A DNA stretch of 64,000 nucleotides from Cystobasidiomycetes sp. EMM_F5 (Eukaryota): positions 372,001 to 436,000 of the forward strand of contig JBPGPT010000001.1 in the NCBI GenBank assembly GCA_051047955.1, written 5' to 3'. The notes below the pieces were generated by a model, which was given only the letters and a program-made list of their open reading frames with translations, made no database searches and was not told the DNA's origin. Below, in pieces: positions 13,823 through 26,123 of the stretch. The first letter of the stretch is position 1, and every line of letters begins with the position of its first letter. The translations under genes and the position numbers were made by a program.

Positions 13823-15058
13823 ATGATTCTGCGGCGCACTCCCTCGCTGGCAGTCTCGACGACATCGCTGGCGCCTGTCCGTCGTATCGCCCCGCTCGCT
13901 GCACCGATACTCCAGCACCGTGATAGCGGTCGAGCAGCGAAAGCCACAACGCCCTTACCGCGACAAGCCCACGTACTTTCGACGCCCCTTGTACACCAAT
14001 CAGCTTGGATATCGTCGACACCGCGTTACACCAGTCAAGCGCTTGCTGCTGCCAAAGAGCGGTACGAGCAAAAGTATGCGGATCGTTTGAACGCCAAAGT
14101 GAAGGAAGCTGGGCTCGAGGATCTCGAACAACTCAGGGCAAAGAGCAGGCTGGAGTACAGAGTGAGGCAGAGGTTAGGAGATAGATTGCCCAGCGAAGTA
14201 CGGGAGCAAGATCGTCAAGCTCGTTTGGACAGCAAGAGAGCAGCTTCGTCTGGTCTACCGCCGCAGTCTACGAGCGAACCTGCCAGTACAGCGAAGGCAG
14301 ACAAGTCTCCGATCAAGGTATGTATATTCAGGTACATTGCTCCTGCCGTGTCCACTCCCTGATACAATATATGCCTTACATTAAAACAGCCCTTGGGCGA
14401 CATTGTCGATCTCGACAAGCTGCGACAGCTGCCTTCATCAGGCATAAGTCAAGTATGGAATGGCTACCATCAGATGAGCGAAAGCTCCCTGTCTGCAGTC
14501 ATCCCGTACGACTTGTACAAGACGATGGAAGGTGTGGCGAAAGCCTACTCCCAATTTGTGGTTCCGCTACCCCGGGAAGTCGTGGGTGAAGGCGTTGAGA
14601 AAGGACAGGGCGCAGAGCTGTACTATCTGGTGCGCAATAATCTCAAACTAAGCGTACGTGAGCACCATCTGACGCACATCTCGTTTCAGCAATGGTCTTT
14701 TCTGCCGTCCGGCGCGACAAATACAGGACGGGCAACTGCCAATGGTGCAGCTCTCCAACCATCAACGGTCCTCTACACGCCATTAGCGCAATATAAAGCG
14801 CACCAGACTTTTGCGCAGCCTCATCTAATACTGACGCATTACATGGACCTGGTCGATTCGCACGAGGTCGTACTCATGCGAGGCGATGTGACGGAAGGTG
14901 TCAGTACTAAACTTGGAGACGCACAATTACTCGTGCTACGGCTGCAGCAATTCTACCAAAATAAGCATGACGGTCGCGCTCAAATGCTCCGCGACTTTCA
15001 CGAGCAGCCTGAAAAATTTGACGTCAATAAATTGGTAGAAATCGTCGGTGAGGTGTAA
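13823..15058 (+). CDS. ATP11: Mitochondrial F1-ATPase assembly factor Atp11
   Basis: Arg-rich presequence; LGDIVDLDKL, FVVPLPR, VLYTPLAQYK, VVLMRGDV, LQQFY motifs; 2 introns. Confidence 0.9.
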
Positions 15059-15498
15059 ACCCGAATCTACGGCGCGTTAGTACACCACTTGTAGCATAGA
15101 TTCGATCATTACTCATTTAGCACGTTTGTTTGGCCCTCTTTCTCGGTGAACAGACTAAGATGTTGTGCGGAGCGGATGACTTGGATTGTGGAAACAAAAT
15201 ATGGACAACGAGAGCGTGAAGATGCATGTCTCTATGCAGAGTATGCGTCGTTGAGACAGCGCAGTTCCATCGAGATACTGATACTTGCAAAAGGGCCAGC
15301 TGGATGTCGATGTCAGAATCCGGTACATCTCTGCCCTGCTGCTGACTGACGAGCTTACATCTCAGGCACGTCGATGTTGCTGTATCGACCTCTCACTCTC
15401 CAAACACCTCTACTCCTGCATTGTCGTTTTCGATGTCGGTACTACAAGACGAAACAGCAGACGACCAGATGCCGAGCCAGACGAAGAGACAGGGTTGC

Positions 15499-16037
15499 TT
15501 AGATGTTCATCTTTGTTCGGCGCCAGTGTCTCCTCTTAAAGTTGCTGTAGAAAGAAAAACAGTGGGTGTTATGCTCAGCACGAGGCTCTGCCGGATGTCC
15601 AAGGTCAAGTGAAGCGCACTATCCCATTTTGCACTCAGGCTTTAATCGGAACCATTGAGGAATTGGTCTGTGAACAAGCGAAAGCATATGCATGTCAGTC
15701 ATCCTGCTGCCTATTCCATAGCCTGTAGAGTCGTCCTTCCTCCGGGCCCTTGCTTGCTGGCATATATGCGGCCCAGCTCGAATGATCGGTCTCTGGGAAC
15801 GCATCTCGCACAGCAGCCAGCAGCAAGCGCCAGGCGGAGAAGTGCCGACTGCATCCATGTCGACTAACCGGTTCTGCTTTTGCGCTTTCGCGAGCTTGAC
15901 TTTCGTCCGGAAGGTCTTTTGGGCAGGCTGTAATTGCCGTACAGTTTCGAATGTCGAAAATTCGATGGAAAATGGACGGAAGAAGACGCAGTCAGCGGAC
16001 TGCTCTTGCATACGTCGGCATGATGTAGTCTCACCAT
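15499..16037 (-). CDS. RPL39: 60S ribosomal protein L39 (eL39), 4 exons, 51 aa
   Basis: ATG-only exon 16037-16035, then 15927-15869, ~15667-15620 and ~15544-15499, giving [51 protein letters not shown]. Confidence 0.95.
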
Positions 16038-16328
16038 CGTGCAGTATATCCACGGATGTCGTCAGGATTGCGAGCTCTCGAGACGGGCTCCCTCCCTCTC
16101 TTTCGCCTGGAAGGAAAAAAACTCGATCACGCAATTTCGGGCCTAAACCAAGGCAATCTCCAACCCGGGCAAGGTGATTACTGCTTGCATAATGTACAGC
16201 TCATTCGTCAAAGGAGCACCGGTGTGCCCTGTCAATCGCTGATAAAGGCCTGATTCTGAACTCAATTTGTCCTGATGCCACTGAAGACTCACCACCCTGT
16301 TTGGGACATTCGTAATCTCCACTCATGC

Positions 16329-18387
16329 TTACTCTATTGCCGGCAGCTTCAGATCCTTTCTCAACTGAAGCCTCGCGATAGGGTGATAAAACGATTCGTG
16401 CTTGATATACGTCTTTTGAGCCAGATCCGGATCACACCTGTAGAGTGCTTTGGTGATGGGTCTGCACATCTTCATACGCCCAACGGTGACGACCCATTTG
16501 GCTGCGTCCTGCTTGAAATCTTGTCCGTTGCCCTTGAGTGCTACGTTATACCAACGCAGCCTGATCTCCGCATTGCCGGTAGTGTTAAACTCGTACAGCT
16601 TGTTCATCTCGCAAAGGAAGTCTGTAGGTAGTGCCGCATACGCCTCGAGCGTCTCCAGGAAGACGACCGTCTGGCTGGAACTAAAACTGTCCAGATCCGC
16701 CTTGGAGAATTTGCCACTTTCTACACTTCCTTGCTCTCGAGCAGAGTTCCACCTCTTGGCCAATGTATATGCAGCGTCAGCAAGGGTCGTGTCGTACTTT
16801 TCCTCTTCCGGTAGAGATAGACCGCCAGCGTGCAGCCAAGCTTGCCAATCCACCTTGTCCAATTTGTCGATAATCTCAGATCCGTTTGACAAGTTGCCGA
16901 AATAGTCGTACAAGTGCGCTCTCCAGTCATCCGTTCCAATACTCTTGCCACGGAAAGTGCTGACATAATCCTTCATGTAGGGCAGGAAGAGATCGAGACC
17001 GCCAACCGTTCTCTCGAGGTGTAGGAGTAGATTCGAGCCTGTATACAATATCAGCTTATGCGTAGCTGCTATTATTGACGTATGAATCACCTTTATCATA
17101 CGGCACGGTGGAAAAGCCATCGTCCGGATCTTCGCCAAAGTCGTACGGGATAACGAGGCGTTGATAGCGTTGCTGATTGGCCTTCTCGTACCCTTCCAGC
17201 GAGTCCTGCAATGACTTGCGTCCAATGATATAGCTGAACCCTCGACCTGGTTCACCTTGCGTTTCCCGAATTAGCAGACGCTCGCAATAAGTCGTCCACC
17301 CTTCGTTGAGCCAGAAATTCGTCCAGTCTTTACAGCCGACGTTGTTTCCAAACCAACTGTGACTCATTTCGTGTGCAATCACATCCACAAGCGATCTATC
17401 GCCAGCCAGAAGTGTTGGCGTTAGGAAAGTAAGGCTACCATAGCGTCTTGGATCAGCGGGCAGTCTTAAGTTAGCTGGGTATGGTATACTCACTTGCTGT
17501 TCTCCATGCTATCGGTGGAAGGTCAAGTCTATGTCAGTATCCTTGCTGTGCGAAAAGGTCTGTGTAACATACCCTCCGAAAGGAAAACTGGGCGGCAAAA
17601 CGAGAACATCGTAATCGCCAAATTCGTAAGGCGGAAGTAGTTTGTCTGCGATATCCATAAACTTTTCCATATCTTCCTCAAACTCCCATACTGCTTTCTC
17701 CAGAGTTTTAGGGTCAGCCCAAACGCCAGTGCGGGGTCCAACTCGCTTGTAAGCAACCTCGCCGGCAGCTATGGCGATAAGATAGGATGGGATAGGTACT
17801 GGCTGACGATATGTGAATTCGTGAAGCTTGCCGGCTTGAATTTCGATGGCTTGATCTGATGGCGGGGTTTGCCGTAGAGCAGACATGAGTACAGGCAGGT
17901 ACGATCGTACTCTTGAGCTGTACGTCGCCTTCACTGATGGCGTATCCATGCACGGCGCAAGCGAACGCATGTGTATCGCCTGGCACTGCGAGTATAGAAA
18001 TGGATAGTTGCCTGACGCCGTTTGATCCGCCTCGAGCCAGCCGATAGCGGTACATTCGGCAGTTGTCGCATATTCAATCTTGATTACAGCTTGACCGTCT
18101 CTCTTAAGAGCAGTGGGGAGAGAGACGTGTAGAGCCTGTCCCAGTACCGGATGACGTTTGTCTAGTACGTGTCTCAAGGTCTTGCCTTCTCCGTCCTTGC
18201 AGGCGCCAATGCGCAAGTAGGATGTGTCAAAGATGACTTCATCTACACCATCGTGTGACGCAACCACGGTATGCGTAACGCTTCCGCTGATAATCCGCTT
18301 GTCCCAATCAATATCCCAATCCAGGTGGATGTCAAGGGTCTTCACAGAGCGGTAGTTTGACTGCGACGCTGGATCAGCTCGGGCCAT
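16329..18387 (-). CDS. LAP2: Leukotriene A4 hydrolase / M1 aminopeptidase
   Basis: YSQCQAIH, PIPSYLIA, FPFGG(MEN), zinc motif HEMSHSW...WLNEGWT, C-terminal NAEIRLRW. Confidence 0.95.
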
Positions 18388-18700
18388 GTTAGCTGGTCTT
18401 TCAGGTATTGGAAGCCAGACAAGTGTGGATAAAATGTCAGATTTGCTGTAACATCAAGGTCAAGAAGGCCATTATCGACAATTGCGTTCAAGTCAGTCGA
18501 TCATGAAAGCGGCCCACGCCTCGGACGGCTTCCTGGCTTTGACGCCAGACCACCAAATACTGCCAGGTTTTAATAGGCTGAATCATTCTGTGCACTTGAA
18601 GACCGTATCCCATGCCACGCTGCCCTGCGACCCAGAGCGCCAGCATACTCTCCAGGTCAAACGGATAGAGACCGCCCTTTCAGTCCGGTGAGATGGCTCG

Positions 18701-21700
18701 ATGTCGGATACGCAATACAAGTCTTCAGCGGGACCCGGAACGGTAGTCCAGTCTGTTCAATCACAGACCGATGAGTACCGCCGTGGTCCTCAGGCGACCG
18801 GCATAGGTGACAATGCCCCAATGTATCAAAGGCAAGTTTGGCATCCCTACCAACGACCACAACAACAGAGATACCCTCAGCAGACTCAAAATCAAAGCAG
18901 ATTGCATCCCGAGTAATCCTCCCTGTGTACTTGACTTTTGAGACGATACTGAGTGATCTCTTTACAGGCAAATGCCAAGAGAGCTTGTCCGGCCAGCAGT
19001 ACTACCTGCAGCTGATGAGGCTGGACATGAAAGATCGTCTTTGCGACCACACGAAGTCAACAAAGCGAATATTCCAAATCCACCCGTGCGGGGAAACGGG
19101 ATGACAAGAGGGTTTCGAGGAAACCGATTCCAGCGAGGTTCGCATCCCGGCACACAAGCAGGCAGAGGCGGTAACGTCATGCAGGCTGCAAGGAACGAAG
19201 AAAAGGCCGGTGATCAAGGTTCGACTGTAACGCAATCGCCCGCGACATCGAACAACCCACGGGGTGGCTTTACGTCAAACAGCGGCAGAGGTCGCGGAGG
19301 CAATTTGAGATATAGTGATAGGGGAAAGGACTCCATTTCATCAAATCCCAACGGACGAGGGCGCGGAACACCCTTGCAATTGCGTGGCAGAGGCGGGGCA
19401 AGAGAGTCGAACAATCGCCTGGATGACCGCGATTATCAGCGAAGTGCACGCATCGATCCAGAATTCAGCCGTGACAATCTATCAGAGCGCGGCGATAACG
19501 ACGGCCCAAGGCGCGGTGTGTCTGGACCGCCTAAGCAGCTCTACAACGCGGATATCGGTTATCGCTCGTCACGTCCGAATTCCGGACAAACTGCGGTATC
19601 CGTGAAGACGCCAGCAGTACAGGCGGCCTCGGAGCCGGCTGTCGCCCCTCGAGAACCGGCGCAAGCGCTGACCGTCATCTCAGTCGACGCCGTCACGAGT
19701 CACCATAGTAGCGAGCTCGAAAGCCCAGTTCCCGCCAACAGGCCTCTACCGGGGATTATCAATACGGGAGTCGATCTTCGAACGGTACGGGGCAAACGAG
19801 CCGATCTTTCGCGCCAATCTAAACGTCGCGATGACTTTTCAAGAGGGAATGCAGTACGTCAGGTCACTGCGGGTGCGAGCGGATCTTTCGCAAATGCTGA
19901 AGCGGAGGAAGGTGACCCTACCGAGCCGGTACTTTCGCAACGTCCGGAGCATGTAGACAGGGATCGACCGGACATCCGCAATATAGCTCGCACCGATTCC
20001 GCTCGCGACCACAGGCCGATGCATAGTCAAAACCTGACTGCATTACCTACCCTGGTATACCGACCTGGTAAGCATGCCGAAGCATCTGCTTATGGCAAGC
20101 CGCACCATGGCTTCTCTCACCTACATTTGCTTGTGGATGATGCGAAAGACGAGGCCGGTTCGACAACTGCATCGCCAGTTTCTCCCGATGCGCGCTACGG
20201 CTCCGCTGGAGCCAGCTTACGCAATTTGGAGCCCTTATATGGCAATGCTAGCACGATTGATCTTCTTTCAGCCTTATCTCCTGGACTCGAACCCAAACGT
20301 GGAACCTACCGGGCGTCGGAGAATGCCAGTATTGCCTCAAGCACTATCGGTGATACGGAAAGTGTAAACAGCGGGACAGCTCGTCGATACAAGCTTGATG
20401 ATTCGAATCTCGGCGAAAGCGAGAGGGCCTTTGGAGGCGACGTTATACGCGATCTAAAGACAGCCTATCGACAAATAAATGACGCGGAAGAAAGGATCAA
20501 GGACGAGGATTCGGTACGTCAAGCTGACCTTCAGTCCTTGTCACCGGATAATTGCGCCGCTATCAGCTGCGAGCATACGAAGTAAGCAGCTTTTGTCGAT
20601 ATTGTGAAGTCGCCGTCTGACACAAAGCTAGGCTTGCGGATATGTACTATGATTTCATGTTACGAGCATTAGACAGCCATGTCCCACCTTCTATAAATGC
20701 ACTGCCGCAGAAATACGACATCCCGTTAAGACTATGGGAGAACGCCTTCAAGATACCGTTGGAAGCAATGATTCGGCGTGCTGCAATGACCGCAGTTGAA
20801 CCGGACTCCGTATCGACCCCTTATTGGGATCAAGCAGCAGATTTCATGTATTCTTCCTATATTTTTTACGCCAATTGTCTGCAAGAGGAGTATTTCAGGG
20901 GATTACGCTACATCTGGCTCGAGCGACTTGGAGATGTTGCGAATTATCGCATGCAGCTATCTCAAATTCGGCTGTTGGATAAGCCTGGACCGGCACAACT
21001 TCGATCACTGGATTCAATGCCTGCACAATCGGGCAAGAAGTTGTTTGCCGAGGACAAGAAGCAAGCGCCGATCTATAAGCGGAAGATCAAGACCAAGCCG
21101 AAGTTAGCCAGCACCAGGCCCTCCAATGATGATGACCTGGAAGAAGCGGAATCGCTGGGCAACAGTATTGGTACAGCCGCACTCACGAGTTGGGAGCTGC
21201 ACGAGGAGAAGACGTGGTGTATAGTAGCAACAGATTGGTACTATCAGGCTCTGATCGAGCTGCCTGGAAGCGGACAGTTGCACCTGAAACTGGCTGATTT
21301 GCAAGGCGAGCATCACCTCAGGCGCTTGTACCATCTAGTTAAAGCGTAAGCCTGGAACAAATGTGCGCTTCTGTGTCGTACTCACCAACTCCGCAGATCT
21401 GTATCGTCACATCCCGATAGTCAGGCGGTATTTGCCCTACAGAGGTGGCTCGAGCGGGAAAGACAGCGCTACAATGCTGAGACTGGACCGCTTACTGATC
21501 TGTTTATACACGCGTACGGCTTATTAAGCGGTCCGGCATCGGTATTCAAAAAGCTCGAGGCTGAAATGTATGCCAAATTCGAAGAGAACTTCTGCAAAGT
21601 CAAGGCTTCACAGTCGTCTATACATGCTGGAACAACGACGATACCATCGGTAGTGACTGTGCAGCATAAACTAGAATATGATGCGACTTGGACGATGTTT

Positions 21701-23391
21701 GCTATTCTGAACATAGCCTCGCTATTGCAATTCAGTGACGAGCAGAACATTCTTCGCAACGCAATCACTACGGGCAGGAGCAAGCAAAGTCACACTTTGG
21801 CCTTCAAGGACACCTATAATGCATGGCCAAATCTTACTTCAAGTGGTTTCGAGGCCCTCAACATGGACGAAATGTCGCTACAAGACGAAGGCAGAAGTGA
21901 CAATGCCAGCCTGACCAACGCTCTGGATTTTGCCTTCAGCATGCTTACCCATTGTTGCAAATTCACTTTCAAGCCGTGTGGCACTGAGCAGGTCATTAAC
22001 CCCTACGTCACTATCTTCCTTACGTTTCTGGGTAGCGTCTGCCAGATACCCGCCGTCAAAGCTATTCTGGCGCCACACATCCCCTGGCCTGCCATTTTGG
22101 GAGTTGTCAGACTAGTTCCAGACTCGAGTATGGGGGTATTCGATGACGCCTCCGTTAAACTATTTGGGACGCCATTACCTGAGGACTGGTGCATCCGCGG
22201 AATGGAATGGACCGGTCGGCAGCTATTTGGTCGGGGCTACTGGAGGTCAAAATTCAGTACAGGAGCTGTCTTCCAGAATGATGATGGGATCAATGCCTCT
22301 CTCATGCCATCAAATGAGGCTGAGGCATTGAGTGAAACCTTCGAAGGCTCATCAATGCCACCACACGAAGGAGGACCCATCGAAGCCAATCTTAATCCAT
22401 CAGGTGACGGCCGCGCATCGCATGAGAGGGAGACTGTCGCCAAACTCCGATGGAAGCGAGTTGCTTTGATGACTGTCTGGCTTTCACGGATTTTCCCAGA
22501 AGTGAAGATCGACAAGCTCTCCGAGGCTCGCTCGCAAGCCGCTACACCAGATTATTTGACAAGAATCAGACGGAGGGACGCGGATTTCCCAATCTTAAAT
22601 GACACAGTCGCGTCTGAAGAACCCACTGAAAGCGCACAGTCCGCGGGAGCCGGCACTACTGATTGCGACAAGGAGGAGACTGAAATCTCCGACTTGCTGA
22701 AGCAAGCACGAGCTGATGCGTTGCGTTCGGCATATAGCAGCACCAATGGGACACATCACGCCAAAGGAGCGGGCTACTCAGTCAATCTGCGCGCTATGCC
22801 AGGCTGGACCACTCTAGTCTTCGACACTAATGTCCTCTTGACTGCTCTGAGCTTGTTCGAAAAAGTCATGTTGAGCAAGCAATGGATTAGCGTAGTTCCG
22901 CTTTCAGGTGCGCGAATCATTTTTCGGGTCCGCGAGTATCGATGCTGAACATCCACGCTCCGTCAGTCGTAACGGAGATCAATGGCTTACAACAACGCCA
23001 GAATGCTCTGGGTCTAGCTGCAAAGAATGCAATGTTGGCGTTGACGTCATTGATGAGCGACGCGGGCGCTACACTCAAGATTGTGACATCCCGAGGAAAC
23101 TATCTTCGCGATTTGACGCAACGCTCCGAGGATATCGACTTTGGTCCTGGCGTCTCTCGTACTATCGACGATGTTATCGTCAGAGCAGGTATATGGGAGA
23201 AAGAGCACTGGATGGACCGCAGAGGGCTGCTGCACCCATCCGCTGGGGTCGACCGAAGCCAACCGATAAAGAGCAATGTGGTTAAAGTCTTACTCGTCTC
23301 AAACGATCGCAATCTTCGTCTCAAGGGTCGAGCAAAAGGATTAGATGTCGCAGCACCGGCCGAGCTCGAGATCCTCGTCAATCCAGGATGA
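18701..23391 (+). CDS. Est1/SMG5-6-like protein: RGG-rich N-terminus, Est1-like helical region, C-terminal PIN domain
   Basis: KYDIPLRLWENAF, WLERLGDVANYRM, LPEDWCIRGMEW; PIN motifs LVFDTNVLL, TIDDVI, VSNDRNLRLK; multi-exon. Confidence 0.85.
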
Positions 23392-23712
23392 CCGGGCTAT
23401 GCGCCCGCGGCATTAACTCATCATCATCAATTCAGCTCATAGTGGAAGCCTGAAACAGTCTTTAGTCCAAAGGCATTGAAGCTGAATGCCAGTAATGTCG
23501 CAACCAGAGCAACATTCGCACGGCGAATGACGCATGAATACGGTATGCCATGCTCAGCCTTCGCAGTACTAGCACGCCAGACAGGGCGACCCGGCGCCCT
23601 TCGCTTCGGCTTGCGTTCTTTCACAAGAATGCTGCTGGTCAAAGTCATCACGATCAATTGCTGTGTTTACTCGTGGCTCGTCATACACGGTCGTCTGAAG
23701 ACTAGCATGCGA

Positions 23713-24111
23713 CTACTTCGATGTGGCTATGATATAATAATATGCATATATTTGTCAGCGTCCAGGAAGCGAAGGTAATACGTCATAGCAGGAACTCACC
23801 ATCCGATTCTGCGGTCTTGATTGTGCTGCCGCCTTGAGGCTTGTACTCCTGGTCATGTTCAGAGGGCTACGGAAATGCACCAGATTTAGCGGGGAAGAGC
23901 TTCGCGATGACCGCGAAGGGCATACATGAGAGTCCTTGTCCTGGTCGGGATGGTCTGCTGCCGTGGGCGGCTTTGGCATTGGCTGTTATCCGAAGTACCG
24001 ACCATACGACGTCAGGCGTTGGGCTCTCACTTTGACATCAGACAAATAAACCCTTACTGCGCTGCCGCCAGACTCGAGCGTCTTCGACGTTTCCTTGTCG
24101 TTGGATGACAT
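23713..24111 (-). CDS. Small hydrophilic protein, 63 aa, 4 exons (not in ORF track as such)
   Basis: Exons 24111-24058, 23982-23926, 23866-23800 and 23726-23713 joined by introns with GTAAGG, GTATGC and GTGAGT donors and YAG acceptors; frame stays open from ATG to TAG. Confidence 0.75.
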
Positions 24112-24480
24112 GATGTTGGTTGCAAAGTACGTGGTCCTTTGGCTGTCCGGTGGGTAAGAGCCAGAGCTGTTGAGGCTGAAGTATGACGTGAACACCAAGC
24201 GAAAACTGACAACGCTGAGATGGCGACTCTGACCAAACATATACTGACTACACTGATGATAGTGCACTCTGTTCAATGCTGCGCCAAACTTCCTGCTGCA
24301 TTCACTTGAGCATCGGTGGAGACGCGATGGCTGTGGCTTCCGTCAAAGGGAAAAGGCTTGGCCTGCAGTGATCCCCCTGCGGCAGTACACCTAGACCTGG
24401 ATGCATATTTAGATCGTACGCTCACCTGGCGTACGCCTCATCTCGTTACCTTATTCTTGCTCAAACATACCGACTTTAAT

Positions 24481-26066
24481 ATGCCTAATTCATCGTCCAC
24501 ACTGTCCTTACTGTATCACACGGCAGCGCTGATAGCTGTGTATTCCATGTACTCCATCTTACAGGAGAAGATCATGCGAACATCATACGGTAAGATCTGA
24601 ATCCTGGCGCGATCAGCATTTATAACACATTGATGTTCGCAACAGGTCCTGCTGGATCCCGCTTTACCTCCGCACCTATTTTGGTTTTCGCCAATCGCTT
24701 GACAAGTCTCACGGTGGGATTGTGCCTATCTATAGTCGTTCCCGCTTTTCGATCCCACGCGTTGCTTGAACATACTTCAAAGCCAAAACTGCCGGTACAC
24801 AGCTTTACTGCTGCTACCGAGTGATGAAACAGCTAATAGCCGAATTGCCAGCTCCACTTTTATGCAGCGGTTGCTGCGGCTAATTTCGCCAGCACATACT
24901 GCCAGTACGATGCTCTGCGATATGTCGGGTTCACAACTCAAGCCCTTGCCAAGTGTGCCAAAATGGTACTTCAGTACAGATCGACGATATCATGAATTAC
25001 AGCTAAGGATGAGAACAGGTTCCAGTCCTGATCCTCGGTCGTTTCCTCTACAGGAAAGGCTACAAACCCAAGGATTATGTAAGTTCCACTCGCGCGGACT
25101 ACAGCCTTCACGAGTATTAATCGGCATACTAGATTGCGGCGAGCGTTGTACTGACAGGGTGCGCTTTCTACCTCACAAGTCATGGTGCAAGAAGCGCGAC
25201 GACTTCTCGGCACATTACAAATCCTCAAACACATGATTGGAGTACAAGTCTTACCGGCTTCGCACTTCTATCGGGTTACCTGCTATTCGATGGTTTGACG
25301 AGCACATCGCAAGAGCATTTCTTTGGCAAAAGCAAGCGGTCCGAGTCCCCGCTATCGCCTGGGAGCGCCGTACTAGACCAAATGATATATGTCAACCTGT
25401 GCGCAGCCATCATTTCCGCTACCACATGTATGCTGGATCTGCCCGGATCAATACTCAATATACGCTTGATACAAGCGAATCCCGATCTACTAATGGATAG
25501 TAAGTCCAAAAACACAGTATTCTGATCACGAAGTCTGATGCAATGGCATGGCAGTCATGTTACTGTCAGCTACGGCATCCCTCGGTGTGATCATCCTATA
25601 CAATACGATCTTCTCACACGGAGCTCTGACGGTCGCAACAACAATGAGTGAGTCCGATGACACGACGAAATGCCAAGTTTATTCACAAGCGCGGATAGCC
25701 CTTCGTCAGTTCTTCAGTATCCTGCTCAACGCCGGGATATTTGGCAATCTTGGAAACTTCAGTCTAGGCGCCTGGACTGGCAGTGAGTTATCGTCGGCTT
25801 ATTAGCTTTCGTTGCCTGCCTGGCTGAGCAGGTAACACAACACGACAGTCGGTCTTGTCGCAGCTGGCGTGTTCATCAAGATGGACCGAAGGTTCGATGA
25901 GGACCCGCAAGCCATTGCGCTGCCTGTGGCAACTTCAACCGAAAAACACGAGTCAAATTCGCAACAGAGCGAGCCCGTATGGGCTGCTCAGTATGGCGTA
26001 CCTATAGCAGCAGGAGCCTTGTCTGCGATATTTGTCGATGCGATAGTATGCTATTTTGTACCGTAA
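24481..26066 (+). CDS. UAA-family nucleotide-sugar/PAPS transporter (SLC35B-like)
   Basis: YSILQEKIM, ILVFANR, CQYDALRYVGFTTQALAKCAKM, YLLFDGLTSTSQE, RQFFSILL; many short introns. Confidence 0.85.
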
Positions 26067-26123
26067 ATACAGATTGAGTACTTGATATTTACAGTATAAT
26101 GCCCTGTGCGTTAAGATGTATCA

